DNA of 64,000 bases from NCBI GenBank assembly GCA_963818475.1, contig CAWFSF010000002.1:256001-320000 (forward strand), given 5' to 3'. Under the pieces are notes generated by a model that was not told the DNA's origin, did not search any database, and worked only from the letters and a program-made list of their open reading frames with translations. The position numbers and the translations under genes are program-made. The DNA comes from Nitrospirota bacterium (GTDB taxonomy: Bacteria; Nitrospirota; UBA9217). Shown one piece after another: positions 1 to 10,995 of the stretch. Position 1 is the stretch's first letter, and each line of letters starts with the position of its first letter.

Positions 1-799
1 CGCCGAGCATAAGCGGGAACTCGATCCAGGGGCTGTCCGCGCCGAACACGGTCTTGGCGAGGAGCATGGCGGCCACGAGGGTCACCGTGTAGGTCTCATA
101 GAGGTCGGCGGCCATACCAGCACAGTCGCCAACGTTGTCGCCAACGTTGTCGGCGATGACGGCCGGGTTGCGCGGGTCGTCTTCGGGGATGTTCTTCTCA
201 ACCTTACCCACAAGGTCGGCGCCCACGTCAGCAGCCTTGGTGTAGATGCCGCCGGCGATACGGGCGAACACGCTCATGAGCGAGCAGCCGAAGCCGAGTC
301 CGATAAGAGCAGTGGATACCTCTTCGGCCGGGGCCATGGATTTCGCGACAAAGTAAAAGCCGGCAAGGCCGATGATGCCGAGACCCACGACCATGATACC
401 GGTCACGGAGCCGCCCTTGAATGCGAGGCTGAGCGCGGCCTGAAGGCCTTTGCTCGCTGCTGCTGCCGTACGCACGTTCGCGCGGAGCGACACCCACATG
501 CCGATGAAACCGGCAAGGGCGGAACCCACGGTGCCGATGATGAATCCTGCTGCTGCCCACATCCCGAGTTTGGGAACGAAGGCCAGGACAAGCACCAGAA
601 CTGCTGCGACCATTGCAACGGTCTTGTACTCGCGCGCCAGGAACGCATTAGCGCCTTCCTTCACCGCATTGGAAATGTCGATCATCTTCTGATTGCCTGC
701 ATCCTGCTTGTTCACCCAGATCGCGGTTATGATGCCGTAAATAACTCCGGCAATGCCGCATCCCAGGGCAAAAAGAATCGTCATACTCATGTTACTCAT
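1..799 (-). CDS. hppA: Membrane-bound H+/Na+-translocating pyrophosphatase (5' part; runs off window)
   Basis: Manual translation from ATG at 799 (RBS AGGAGGAG): MSNMSMTILFALGCG...GGIYTKAADVGADLVGKVEKNIPEDDPRNPAVIADNVGDNVGDCAGMAADLYETY, the H-PPase signature motifs. Not in the ORF track because it is open-ended. Confidence 0.96.
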   Translation of the reverse strand, partial: MSNMSMTILFALGCGIAGVIYGIITAIWVNKQDAGNQKMIDISNAVKEGANAFLAREYKTVAMVAAVLVLVLAFVPKLGMWAAAGFIIGTVGSALAGFIGMWVSLRANVRTAAAASKGLQAALSLAFKGGSVTGIMVVGLGIIGLAGFYFVAKSMAPAEEVSTALIGLGFGCSLMSVFARIAGGIYTKAADVGADLVGKVEKNIPEDDPRNPAVIADNVGDNVGDCAGMAADLYETYTVTLVAAMLLAKTVFGADSPWIEFPLMLG

Positions 800-932
800 T
801 AGTTCTCCTCCTTATAAGATTAGGTTAAACAATGCCCATGGAACATCTATCGAATAAAACTCTTTACCCAGAACTTCCTGCTGACCTGATTCCTCTTCCG
901 GCATCCCCCCTTGCTTCACGTTTAAAACCGGC

Positions 933-1370
933 TTATGCTTCGAATTTTCCGCCGATGAAATCCTTCAGATAATGGTTCTCGGCCTTCAGGTTCTTCACCA
1001 GAACCCGCACCACATCGCGCATGGAGAGGAGGCCCAGCAAACCGTTTTCCTCGATCACGGGCAAGTGACGGATGTTGTTCTGGATCATGATCGCCATGAC
1101 GTAGTCAAGGTCATCAGCCGGTTTCACCACAAGGAGATTGGCGCTCATGACGTCCTTGATCAGGACCTGCTTCATGGCGAGCCCTTCACCAGCAGCGTTC
1201 TTCACAATGTCGCGCTCGGTGACGATCCCGACGAGCGACCCGCGGTCCATGACCAGCAGTGCACCGATATTGCACTCGGCCATTTGCTTGGCCGCTGCCT
1301 GGAGCGTGTCCGAGCTGTTGATGCTGAAGCACTCGAGACCCTTGATGCTTAAGAGTTCTTTGACTTTCAT
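933..1370 (-). CDS. CBS-pair domain protein
   Basis: Two CBS repeats (IGALLVMD..LVGIVTERDI; IRHLPVIE..LLGLLSMRDVV). Confidence 0.9.
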   Translation of the reverse strand: MKVKELLSIKGLECFSINSSDTLQAAAKQMAECNIGALLVMDRGSLVGIVTERDIVKNAAGEGLAMKQVLIKDVMSANLLVVKPADDLDYVMAIMIQNNIRHLPVIEENGLLGLLSMRDVVRVLVKNLKAENHYLKDFIGGKFEA

Positions 1371-1390
1371 GGCTTACTCCGACTTATGCG

Positions 1391-1417
1391 CAGGGGGCAG
1401 GTTTAAAACCTGCCTCT
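1391..1417. repeat. Degenerate REP-like palindrome
   Basis: CAGGGGGCAGGTTTAAAACCTGCCTCT, similar to the element at 14873-14901. Confidence 0.55.
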
Positions 1418-1425
1418 TCGTGTTC

Positions 1426-2586
1426 CTATTTTCGGCCTGACTGCCGTGCGAACACCATTGCCGTGGTGCGATAGAACAGATGCGCGAACTTGGAATAGGG
1501 CGCATAGGCAAACAACGACCAGATGAACACGAGGTGGAAGTAATAGACCAGGTAACCGGCTTCCATATCAGCCAGCCGGAGCGCCCACGAGAGCATGCCC
1601 GTTGCGCCGACGCCGATCACGATGGCGAGGAAGATCCAGTCGAAATAGGAACCCAGACCCGCTTTGCCGGCCTGTGCAAGCCGGTTGATCAGGATGATCA
1701 CAACGCCGACTGCGAAAGCGATGGAACTGGCCAGCGCGAGCATCTTCATGGGATCGCTCATGGGATAGGGCGCTTCGCCGAAATGGAAGGGGCCGAAGGC
1801 CTGGATGCCGAGGAATTCCCAGCCGTAGAGATACGCGATCGCCCAGGTCGTGGTCACGGCAAGTCCGGCAAACGCATAAAAGAGCGCCATGTGGCCCCAC
1901 TGCCGGAGCCGGTTCACGTTGCAGTCTGCGAACTTGGAGTGAGCCAGGATGGTCGTGACGGAAGCGATGATGTCACCGACAAGGCTGCCGCTGGATTTTA
2001 CGTCGCCTGCCTGCGCCTTCATGCCGTTCCAGAGCTTCTTGATGCCAAAAAAGGCTGATACTGCGGCAAAGATCGCCGTGAGGATAAAGACCGTATCGAT
2101 CACCGGCACGGGAACAAATTTGTGATAGGCCATGATGTTGCCTTCAGCCCGCGGGGCGGTAAAGCTGCCGTTCCCCAGCACCGTCAGGATCACATACCAC
2201 AGCGCCATGGGAATGCCGAACAAAAGCCAGATGAGCTTGGGGTCCGTTGCGATCTTCGCGAACAAAGGCACCATGGCCACATGCTTGATGCTCTGTTTGC
2301 GGATAGCGTTCAGCACCTCGCCCGGCTTGGCGCCGCGCGGACAGTAGGCCGTACAGTCGCTGCACTGATGGCAGAGCCAGACATCGGCGCTCGTGATGAG
2401 CTTGTCCTTCTGGCCCCACTGCGCCAGGACCATCTCTTTGCGCGGGAAGGGGTTCCCTTCCGGCGTCACATTGCAGACCACCGAGCAGGTGGCGCACTGG
2501 TAGCACTTCTTCAGCGACTCACCGCCGCCTTTTATGATCTCGTTCACGAATTGTAAATCAGGTTTGATAACTGTTGCTTCTGACAT
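1426..2586 (-). CDS. qmoC: Quinone-interacting membrane-bound oxidoreductase subunit C
   Basis: N-terminal 2x[4Fe-4S] motifs (CYQCATCSVVC; CHQCSDCTAYCP), transmembrane heme-b domain ending YAPYSKFAHLFYR; follows qmoB. Likely start MSEATVIKPD. Confidence 0.93.
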   Translation of the reverse strand: MSEATVIKPDLQFVNEIIKGGGESLKKCYQCATCSVVCNVTPEGNPFPRKEMVLAQWGQKDKLITSADVWLCHQCSDCTAYCPRGAKPGEVLNAIRKQSIKHVAMVPLFAKIATDPKLIWLLFGIPMALWYVILTVLGNGSFTAPRAEGNIMAYHKFVPVPVIDTVFILTAIFAAVSAFFGIKKLWNGMKAQAGDVKSSGSLVGDIIASVTTILAHSKFADCNVNRLRQWGHMALFYAFAGLAVTTTWAIAYLYGWEFLGIQAFGPFHFGEAPYPMSDPMKMLALASSIAFAVGVVIILINRLAQAGKAGLGSYFDWIFLAIVIGVGATGMLSWALRLADMEAGYLVYYFHLVFIWSLFAYAPYSKFAHLFYRTTAMVFARQSGRK

Positions 2587-2625
2587 AGATATCCTCCATA
2601 GATTCGGTTCGGATCGGGTTTTCAT

Positions 2626-2655
2626 TCCGCAATCCGAAATCCGCAATCCGAAATC
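2626..2655. repeat. Heptamer tandem repeat (TCCGCAA/TCCGAAA)
   Basis: TCCGCAATCCGAAATCCGCAATCCGAAATC in the qmoB-qmoC spacer. Confidence 0.85.
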
Positions 2656-2658
2656 GAT

Positions 2659-4893
2659 TTACATGGTCCTAAACGGATTCGGTCCGATCTCTCTGATCCT
2701 GGTAGCAAACTCATTGAGCATGTCAGGCAGTTTATCATACTCGTTGATGGCCACCTGCATAAGCTGGACGCGCTCGGATTCAAGCTGCAGCCGGTTCAGG
2801 GTCTCGCTGACCTTGCTGAAACGGGTGTTCGCGAGCTCGCTCCCCTTGACGAAGTGGCACTGATAGTTCTCCCCGTACCTGCAACCGAGAAGCAGCATAC
2901 CGTCTGCGCCCTTGGACAGCGCGTCGGCAACCCACACCAGGTTCATGCCGCCCAGGCACCGCATGGAAATGAACCGGAATGCCGGGTCGATCTTCTTGCC
3001 GGCAATAGCCGCCGTGTCGAGCGCCGGGTAGGAGTCGTTCTCGCAGACCAGGCAGATGATTGTCGGCTTGTCCTCATCATCGGAGTATTCCACCGCCTTG
3101 AGCATGGAACCCACGATGTCGACGCTGTAGTCCTTGAAGGACACGATGCGCTCGGGGCAGGCGCCCATGCAGGTGCCGCAGCGGCGGCAACGGTTGATGT
3201 TGTAGTTGGGAATGCCCTTCTCGTCCTCGTCGATGGCGCCGAAGGGGCATTCTTCCGTGCACCGCTTGCAGGCCGTGCACTTGATCAAAAGCGGGTCGGG
3301 ATAGGTCGTGTCCCAGGCGCGCGGATGGACCGCTACGCCGCGGGAAACATGGTCGATGGCCTGTATCGCCTTGAAAGCCGCGCCGGCGCCGTCTTCCATG
3401 GCTTCGGCCATGTTCATGGGCTGGTGCACGCCTCCAGCAGCGTAGATGCCGGTCCTGCGGGTCTCGTACTGGAAGCAGATGAAGTTCGAATCGGCAAAGC
3501 CTGACGCCCCTTCGAGGGTCGGGATCTCAGGACCCTGGCGGTAGCCGAGGTTCAGGATATAGTCCGGCTTGGCGGTCTGCTCGAGGTAGTTCTTCTTAGA
3601 TTCATCGCCGCCGCCTGCAGCCTTGGTCAGGCCGTCGGCGTAATCCTGCGGTGCCTTCGAGGTCGGCACCATGCCGGTGGCAAGAACCACGAGATCGGCC
3701 TCCACCTTCACTTTTTCGCCCGTCTTGGTGCCGAAAAGGGTGTTCTCCATCTCGACGAACATGTTGCCGTTGCCGGCATCGGAAACGCCGGTCACATCCG
3801 CCTTCGTGAGCATCACGCCCGGATTGTTCTGGGCCTCTTTGTAGTAGAGCTCGGTCCTGCCCGGGGTCCGGATGTCCTTGTAGAAGATCATGGCAAGCGC
3901 GTCTTCGTTCTGGCGCACATACTGGGACTGCTTGAGCGAGGTGGCGCAGCACATGGACGAGCAATAGGGAAGATGGTTCGGGTCGCGCTGCCCTGCGCAC
4001 TGGACAAAGGCGACCTTCAGGGCGGGCTTGCCGTCTGACGGACGGAGCAGCTTGCCGTTGTTCTTTTTTGCGATCTCTTCGAGCTCGAAGTTCGTGACCA
4101 CGTTCTTCATCTTGCCGTAGCCGAGGTAGTCGAGCTTGTTCGCATCGTAGGGCTTCCAGCCGGAAGCCATGACAATGGCGCCGATCTTCACGGTCTCGCC
4201 GTTCGAGAGCGTCACGTTGTACAGGCCCGGCTGACCGTCGGTCTTGGACACGGTCGTGGACTTGTATACCTTGATGTTCGCGTTGTTCTCGACCTCGGCG
4301 ACGGTCTTGTTGATATCGGTGTCCACAATGAGCGGCTTGTTGATATAGGACCCCGTGGGGATCTTCTTGTAGAGCTTGTTCACGAAACCGCCGAGCTGGG
4401 CGTCCTTCTCGACAAGCACCACCTGCTGGCCGGCGCCTGCTGCCGAGAGCGCCGCGGTCATGCCGGCAATACCGCCGCCGATCACCAGGATCGTGCTGGT
4501 CAGATCAGGAAGGATGTTGGGCTCAGCAAGATCGGACTTCTGGGTCTTGACAATGCCCATGGTGAGGTAATCGTAGGCTGCATCGTTCGTCTCATCCGTA
4601 TTCGGCTCCATGGTCCAGGCAACGAACTCGCGGATGTTGACCCGCTCCACCAGCGCGCCGGGAAACGTGAACTCGGCGGCCTTCGCGCGGGGCGAGCAGG
4701 CGGCGATGATGATCGTATTGATGCCGTCCTTCGCCATATCGTCCTTGATCAGCTGGACGCCTTCAGGGCTGCACAGGGCATCGTGCATCTTGAAATTCTG
4801 TACTTTCTTGGCTGCGCCGGAGAGCTTGTCAACGTCCAGAGCCTCCTTGATGCCGCATCCTTTGCAGATATATACGCAGTATTTCTTCTCCAT
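2659..4893 (-). CDS. qmoB: QmoB (HdrA-like flavoprotein with ferredoxin and MvhD-like domains)
   Basis: GGGIAG FAD motif, CAGQRD..YCSSMCC, SNFICF, two ferredoxin motifs, C-terminal MvhD/FlpD domain (CENDSYPA..RCLG..GC..YQCHF). Confidence 0.95.
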   Translation of the reverse strand: MEKKYCVYICKGCGIKEALDVDKLSGAAKKVQNFKMHDALCSPEGVQLIKDDMAKDGINTIIIAACSPRAKAAEFTFPGALVERVNIREFVAWTMEPNTDETNDAAYDYLTMGIVKTQKSDLAEPNILPDLTSTILVIGGGIAGMTAALSAAGAGQQVVLVEKDAQLGGFVNKLYKKIPTGSYINKPLIVDTDINKTVAEVENNANIKVYKSTTVSKTDGQPGLYNVTLSNGETVKIGAIVMASGWKPYDANKLDYLGYGKMKNVVTNFELEEIAKKNNGKLLRPSDGKPALKVAFVQCAGQRDPNHLPYCSSMCCATSLKQSQYVRQNEDALAMIFYKDIRTPGRTELYYKEAQNNPGVMLTKADVTGVSDAGNGNMFVEMENTLFGTKTGEKVKVEADLVVLATGMVPTSKAPQDYADGLTKAAGGGDESKKNYLEQTAKPDYILNLGYRQGPEIPTLEGASGFADSNFICFQYETRRTGIYAAGGVHQPMNMAEAMEDGAGAAFKAIQAIDHVSRGVAVHPRAWDTTYPDPLLIKCTACKRCTEECPFGAIDEDEKGIPNYNINRCRRCGTCMGACPERIVSFKDYSVDIVGSMLKAVEYSDDEDKPTIICLVCENDSYPALDTAAIAGKKIDPAFRFISMRCLGGMNLVWVADALSKGADGMLLLGCRYGENYQCHFVKGSELANTRFSKVSETLNRLQLESERVQLMQVAINEYDKLPDMLNEFATRIREIGPNPFRTM

Positions 4894-4895
4894 CC

Positions 4896-6146
4896 CTATT
4901 TCCTCCTCAAGCTCTGGATGCTCTTCATGACCACACCCGTTGCATCCTGCGCGGACCGCGCCACATCAACGGGCGTCTTGAGCGTCCCGGTCGCGTAGAT
5001 GCCCTTCGGGAGCGCCGCCTGGTCCACGAATCCGTCGTCGGTCATTGCAACGCCGGCGTTCTTCAGCGATGCCGCGGTGGGCTGCATGCCGGTGGCAAGC
5101 ACGACCATGTCGAAGGTCTCGGTGATCTTGCTGCCGCCGTGAATGTCCTCGGCGGTGACCTTCACGTCGCCGTTCGGTGCCTGCTCGACTTTGGCGACCT
5201 TGCCCTTGAGGAAGGACACGTTCTGATCTTCCTTGATCTTGGTGTAGAACCGGTTCTCGTAGAGTCCGGGGGTGCGGATATCGATGTAGAAGATCTTCAC
5301 CTTGGCATCAGGATAGAGCTCCCTGACATAGGATGCCTGCTTAAGCGAGGCCAGGCAGCAGATGTAGGAGCAATGGGCCAGATGGTTCTCGTCACGCGAA
5401 CCGGCGCACTGTACAAAGGCGACGTTCTTGACCTCTTTGCCGTCGGAGGGACGCACGATCTTGCCCGACGTCGGTCCGTTCGGCGCGGCGAGACGCTCCA
5501 TCATCATGTTGGTGATCACGTTCTGGACCGTGCCGAAGCCGAGGTTGTCCATCTTCGTGGCATCATAGGGATTCCAGCCGGTCGCCATGACCACGGCGCC
5601 GACCTTCACGGTGATGGTCTCAGACTTCATGTCGAGGTGGATCGCGTCGTACTTGCAGGCCTCTGCGCATTTGTTGCAGGCAGCACCCTTGCAGACTTTG
5701 CTGTCGATCACATACTGGAGCGGAAAGGCCTGGTTATGCGGAAGGTAGGCTGCCTTGGTCTTGCTCATGCCGAAATCAAAGTCGTTCGACCGCTCGATCT
5801 CGCACGCTTCCGCGCACTTGTTGCAGCCCGTGCACTTTTCGTTCACGAACCGGGGCTGCGTCTTGATGGTGACCTCGAAGTTCCCCTCGCTGCCGGAGAT
5901 CTTCTCCACTTCAGCCATCGTATAGATCTTGACCTGGCCGTTGTTCTTGATCCGTTTGTACTGGATCTCGAGACCGCAGTTCGGGGGGCACATCTTCCAG
6001 AAATACTTGTTCAGCTGCGTCACCCGGCCGCCGAGGTAGGGGTTCTTCTCAACGATGATGACATCGGAGCCCGCTTCCGCGGCTTCCACTGCCGCCGTGA
6101 GGCCGCTGAAGCCTCCGCCGACAACCAAAATCTTATTTTCCGCCAT
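4896..6146 (-). CDS. qmoA: QmoA (HdrA-like flavoprotein)
   Basis: ILVVGGGFSG, KYFWKMCPPNCG, CAGSRDENHL.HCSYICC; downstream of aprA; RBS AGGAGG before MAENK. Confidence 0.95.
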   Translation of the reverse strand: MAENKILVVGGGFSGLTAAVEAAEAGSDVIIVEKNPYLGGRVTQLNKYFWKMCPPNCGLEIQYKRIKNNGQVKIYTMAEVEKISGSEGNFEVTIKTQPRFVNEKCTGCNKCAEACEIERSNDFDFGMSKTKAAYLPHNQAFPLQYVIDSKVCKGAACNKCAEACKYDAIHLDMKSETITVKVGAVVMATGWNPYDATKMDNLGFGTVQNVITNMMMERLAAPNGPTSGKIVRPSDGKEVKNVAFVQCAGSRDENHLAHCSYICCLASLKQASYVRELYPDAKVKIFYIDIRTPGLYENRFYTKIKEDQNVSFLKGKVAKVEQAPNGDVKVTAEDIHGGSKITETFDMVVLATGMQPTAASLKNAGVAMTDDGFVDQAALPKGIYATGTLKTPVDVARSAQDATGVVMKSIQSLRRK

Positions 6147-6185
6147 GATATACACTTCCTCCTTAAGGCAGTAACCACTTCGCGC

Positions 6186-6273
6186 TTGTAAACTGAAAAT
6201 TGGAAATTTTAAAAGTTAGACCGACAGGAGTGGACCACGTTGTATTTAAAATTTACAATCTACAGGTTACAAG
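6186..6273. repeat. Inverted pair of degenerate heptamer arrays
   Basis: CTTGTAAACTGAAAATTGGAAATTTTAAA ... TTTAAAATTTACAATCTACAGGTTACAAG; the arms are imperfect reverse complements. Confidence 0.7.
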
Positions 6274-6277
6274 AAAA

Positions 6278-6307
6278 TCTCCGGGAAGGGCAAAGCCCTC
6301 CCCGGAG
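6278..6307 (-). terminator. Stem-loop after aprA (terminator or mRNA stabiliser)
   Basis: CTCCGGGAAGGGCAAAGCCCTCCCGGAG hairpin with T-rich tail on the minus strand. Confidence 0.65.
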
Positions 6308-6319
6308 GTGTGAGTGTTC

Positions 6320-8362
6320 TTAGTGTTTTACAGGAGCTGCATCTTCAACCAGCTGAGCGTAGGCGACCTTCTTCACTTCCCACTTGTCAGTCGCAAGGTC
6401 GTACTTCGAGTTCACGAAGCACTTCCAGTTGGTGTCGTCCACCAGGTCGAAGTCGCCGCGATAGTAGTAGCCCGGATACCGGGACTCCTCACGGAACAGG
6501 ATGTGCCGTGCATGGGCCTCCACGGAGAGGATGCGGTGATAGTTCTCCCAGCAGCGCATCAGCTCGTGCAGGTTGCTTGCTGCCATCTTGGAGGCGTCTT
6601 CCTTCAGAACCTGGAGCTGCCTCAGACCTTCGTCGAGCATGGTCTTGGAGGTCATGTACCAGGTGCCGATGCCGCCAAAGTACTCGTCCGAGATCTTCTG
6701 CAGACGGGTCTGGAGCATCTTCGGCTTGATGTAGTTCGGGTTGATCTCTACAGCCGTGGTGTAGGTCTTGTGCTTCTCGTACACCTCGAAGGGCAGATAG
6801 AGCTCGGCGGCCAGATGGTCCTCCGTCTCCTTGATCGTCGGGGTGTAGTTCGGGTTGTCGAGCATGAACGCGATCGCGCTCTTTGCTGCGATGCGGCCCT
6901 CAGCATGCGAGCCCGAGGAGAACTTGTGGCCTGATGCGCCGCAGATGTCGCCGCACATAAAGAGGCCCTTTACGGTGGACGAGCGGTTGTAGTTGCCGGC
7001 CACCCATTTCTTGTTCCACTCTTCCGGCGCGCCGAGATCATCGGGACCGCAGCACCAGAAGCCTGCACAGCCTGCGTGCGAACCGAGGAGATAAGGCTCG
7101 GTCGGCATGATTTCGGAAGGAACTTTATCCGGCTCGATGTTCTTGGCAGCCCAGAGGCCGGCCTGGCCGATGGCCATATCGAGGAAGTCTTCCCATGCTT
7201 CTGCCTCGAGGTGCTTCACCTTCTTGGCGCCCTCTTTGTCGCCGAGCTTCTCCTTGAAGGTCTTGTTGATCGCTTCCATCGCGTGATGGGTGTTCATGAG
7301 GATCGGGCCTTTGCCGAGCTTCATGTCGCGCATCATGAGGTGGTTGCGGATGGCCGTGCCGAGGTTGTCGACATACTTGCCGTACTTGGCCTTGGCTTCT
7401 GCCAAGTGCTTCAGGATTGACGCAATAGTCTTCACCGAGGCTGTTGGTTGCCTTGGCCTTGAAGAACAGGAACCATGCGCCGACCGGGCCGTAACCGTCC
7501 TTGAAGCGGGCGGGCACGAAGCGGTTCTCCATCATGGTCAGCTCTGCGCCGGCCTGGAGGCCGAGAGCGTAACCGGAGCCGGAGTTCCATACCGGGTACC
7601 AGGCGCGGCCCTGGCCTTCCTGGGTCGACCGGGGACGGAACACGTTCACGGCGCCGCCGGCTGCCAGAACCATGGCTTTTGCCTTGAAGATGTAGATCTT
7701 GTTCTCACGGACGCTGAATCCGGCCGCTGCTGCAACGCGATTCGGCTCCTTGGCATCATTGTAGAGCTTCACGATGAACACGCGCTCGTAGTGGTTGGTC
7801 TTGACGCCGGTTGCTGCACGGTTGGTCTCGAGGGCCTTCTTCGCGGCTTCCGCCACGATGACCTTGTAGGACTCGCCGTTGATCATGATCTGCCACTTGC
7901 CTGAACGGACCGGCTTGCCGCCGTCCTTCAGCATGGTCTTTCCTGCTTCCTTTGCCTGGAAACCGTCGAGAGAGAAGCCGTCATCGCCCATCTTCCAGAT
8001 CGGCAGGCCCCACTCCTCGAAGAGCTGCACGGAATCATCAACGTGACGGCCGAGGTCGTAGATCAGGTCCTCACGGACGATGCCCATGAGGTCGTTCCGT
8101 ACCATCTTTACATAGTCCGCCGGATCATTGTCACCCATGTAGGTGTTGATGGCCGACAGACCCATGGCAACGGCGCCGGACCGGTCGGTCGCGGCCTTGT
8201 CAACCATGGTGATCTTGATCTTCTTGGGGTTTGCCCAGCGGGCGCCTTCAAACGCTGCGCCGCAGCACGCCATACCGCCGCCGATCAGGAGGAGATCGGT
8301 TTCGACCGTCTTCGATCTGCAGGCTTCTTGCAGAACGAAAACGTACAGGTTTCTTTTTCCAT
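6320..8362 (-). CDS. aprA: Adenylylsulfate reductase alpha subunit (frameshifts near 8310 and 7410)
   Basis: GGGMACCGAA, RSGAVAMGLSAINTY, SGKWQIMINGESYK, PTEPYLLGSH, GHKFSSGSHAEGR, REESRYPGYYYR. Confidence 0.97.
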
Positions 8363-8376
8363 TTATCGTATCCTCC

Positions 8377-8808
8377 TTATTTCTTGATGACCGGCATCGG
8401 CTTCGACGTGGTGAAGTAGCCAGGCTGTTTGAGTTTTGCCATATCCGCTTCAGGCTTGCCCTTGTAGGGGTCGACCGAGCCTTCGGGGGTGGTCCGGATC
8501 GGGAACTTGAAGCGCTTCAGGATCCCGTTCCGGAACTTGATGGTCCACATGATGGAATCCGTACCCCGCATCGGGATCACGTTCGCGCCCAGGGGGGCGA
8601 AATCCTGGTAGGCCCGGATCTCGATCGCCTGCTGCGGGCAGATCTTGACGCAGTTGTAGCACTCCCAGCACTGCTCCGGCTCCTGGTTGTAGGCCTTCAT
8701 GAGGTCCCTGTTCAGGGCCATGAGGTCGTTCGGGCAGATATACTGGCAAGCAGTCTTATCTTGCGCCTTGCAGCCGTCACACTTCTCGGTAATTACATAA
8801 CTCGGCAT
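8377..8808 (-). CDS. aprB: Adenylylsulfate reductase beta subunit
   Basis: MPSYV..KCDGCK..TACQYICP, CWECYNCVKICPQ, IMWTIKFRNG..KRFKFPIRTTPEG. Confidence 0.97.
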   Translation of the reverse strand: MPSYVITEKCDGCKAQDKTACQYICPNDLMALNRDLMKAYNQEPEQCWECYNCVKICPQQAIEIRAYQDFAPLGANVIPMRGTDSIMWTIKFRNGILKRFKFPIRTTPEGSVDPYKGKPEADMAKLKQPGYFTTSKPMPVIKK

Positions 8809-8875
8809 GTTATTACTTCCTCCTATCTATGGAATGTAGTTAACTGCATCTGCAGTCGTTGAACATCTGGCAACG

Positions 8876-10122
8876 TTACTTATTCTCCGTATGCGTGCCT
8901 TCCGCGTGGCTGTGCATCTTGATCTCCACCTTCGTGGTGAGGCCGGCATAGTACTTCTTGAGGATCTCGAGCACTTCGGGGCGGCTGAAATGATCGGGAA
9001 CGTTCTCGCCCTCGGAGAGCATCTTCCGGAGCTTGGTGCCGGACAGCATGAGCCGGTCTTCCTTGCCGTGGGGGCAGGTCCTCATGGAGGCCATGCCGTC
9101 GCACTTGAAGCAATAGAAGGTGTGGTCGATCTTGAGGGGCTGGGTCTCGAGCGCGCCCTTCGGGATCTCGTCGAAGATCTTCTGCGCATCGAACGGGCCG
9201 TAGTAGTCGCCCACGCCGGCATGGTCGCGGCCGACGATCAGGTGGCTGCAGCCGAAGTTCTGGCGGAAGAGCGCGTGGAGCAGTGCTTCACGCGGACCGG
9301 CATAGCGCATTTCCATGGGATAGCCGCACTGGATGGAAGAGTCCTTCACAAAGTACTTGTCCATGAGGGTGTTGATGGCGTCGGCGCGAACATCGGCCGG
9401 GATATCGCCTTCCTTGAGCTTGCCCAGGATCTGGTGGATCAGAACGCCGTCCATGGTCTCGATGGCGATCTTGGCGAGGTACTCGTGGGAGCGGTGCATG
9501 GGGTTCCGGGTCTGGAATGCCGCGATCGTGCTCCAGCCCTTGTCCTCGAACATCTTGCGGGTCTGCTTCGGGCGTCATGTAGATGCCCTTGAAGGTCTCG
9601 GGGAAATGGGCCTCGGAGAGGACCTTTACCGGACCGGCCAGGTTCACGTCAGGCTGGCCCATGACCTTCTGCACGCCCGGATGACCGGCAACGTCATTGG
9701 TGCGGAAGATCATCTTGCACTCATGTTCCTTGTCGGACTTGGACATGGCGTACTTCTCGGTCACCTTCATGGTGGCCATGATCGTGCCCGACTCTTCGTC
9801 AACCAGGCGTGATCTCTTCGTTCTTCTTGAGCGAATTGGCGAACTCCGGCGTGGCCGAGAGCGTCACCGGGACCGGCCAGAACGTGCCGTCGGCCAGCTT
9901 GAACTTGTCGCTGCAAACGCCCTTCCAGTCCTTCTTGTTCATGAAGCCCGTGAGCGGGGTGAATGCGCCGATGCCCATCATCACGAGGTCTGCGGTCTCG
10001 CGCGAGGAGATCTTGAGCTGCTTCAGGGTCTTGGCCTTCTTGAGCTCTTTCTGAAGGGCCGACCCTTCCAGAAGAAGCGGCATGAGCTTCTTCTTTTTGC
10101 CGTGCGGCTTTACCAGTGCCAT
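8876..10122 (-). CDS. sat: Sulfate adenylyltransferase (frameshifts near 9805 and 9570)
   Basis: [52 protein letters not shown] across three ORF pieces. Confidence 0.96.
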
Positions 10123-10197
10123 AACTAGTTCCTCCTTAAAAGAATTGTAAAGATATATTCCACTGTGGCTGGAGGCCACAACTCTGTCCGCCTCTGC

Positions 10198-10845
10198 TTA
10201 ACCGAGAACGGCCGTCACCTTATTGAAGATGTCGTTGATGCTGCCGACACCCATGACGGTCTTCATGATGTTCTTCTTGGAGTAGTAATCGATGAGCGGC
10301 GCGGTCTGCTGCGTGTATACTTCGAGCCGCTTCTTGATGGTCGCTTCCTTGTCGTCGTCGCGCTGGAACAGCACTCCGCCGCACTTGTCGCAGGTTCCTT
10401 CTTTTTTGGGGGCGGAGAAATAGATATTGTACATCTGCTGGCAGCTTTTGCAGGTCCGGCGGCCGGTGAGCCGCTTCAGGAGGTCGTTCATATCAACGTC
10501 GATATTGAGGGCAATGGTAAGGGGCATGCCCATGCTGGAAAGGATCTTGTCGAGGGCCTCGGCCTGGGCCGTGTTGCGCGGGAAGCCGTCGAGGATGAAT
10601 CCGGCCTTGCAGTCAGGCTGCTTGATGCGCTCTTCAACCAGGCCGAGCACGATCTTGTCGGAAACGAGTCCGCCCGAGTCCATGATCACCTTGGCCTCTT
10701 TGCCGAGCGGCGTGCCGTCGGCAACTGCCTTGCGGAGAATATCGCCCGTTGAGATCTGCGGGATCTTGTACTTGTCGATCAGCATCTTTGCCTGCGTGCC
10801 TTTACCAGCACCAGGAGCACCGAGCAGCACAATCCTTTTAGCCAT
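10198..10845 (-). CDS. adk: Adenylate kinase (Zn-LID type), copy 1
   Basis: GAPGAGKGTQA, ISTGDILR, LDGFPR, CxxC..CxxC LID. Confidence 0.97.
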   Translation of the reverse strand: MAKRIVLLGAPGAGKGTQAKMLIDKYKIPQISTGDILRKAVADGTPLGKEAKVIMDSGGLVSDKIVLGLVEERIKQPDCKAGFILDGFPRNTAQAEALDKILSSMGMPLTIALNIDVDMNDLLKRLTGRRTCKSCQQMYNIYFSAPKKEGTCDKCGGVLFQRDDDKEATIKKRLEVYTQQTAPLIDYYSKKNIMKTVMGVGSINDIFNKVTAVLG

Positions 10846-10995
10846 CGTGGTGAATCCTCCGTTAAGATTATTTTACAGAGATAGAGAGAAGGTGTAAAGG
10901 CGCAATAAATCCTTCGCGACGTTTTAACCGGCCTATAATCGTTGAAATCGAGTTAATATTCAAGTTAAAAATTATAATTTGAATATTAGTTTTGT

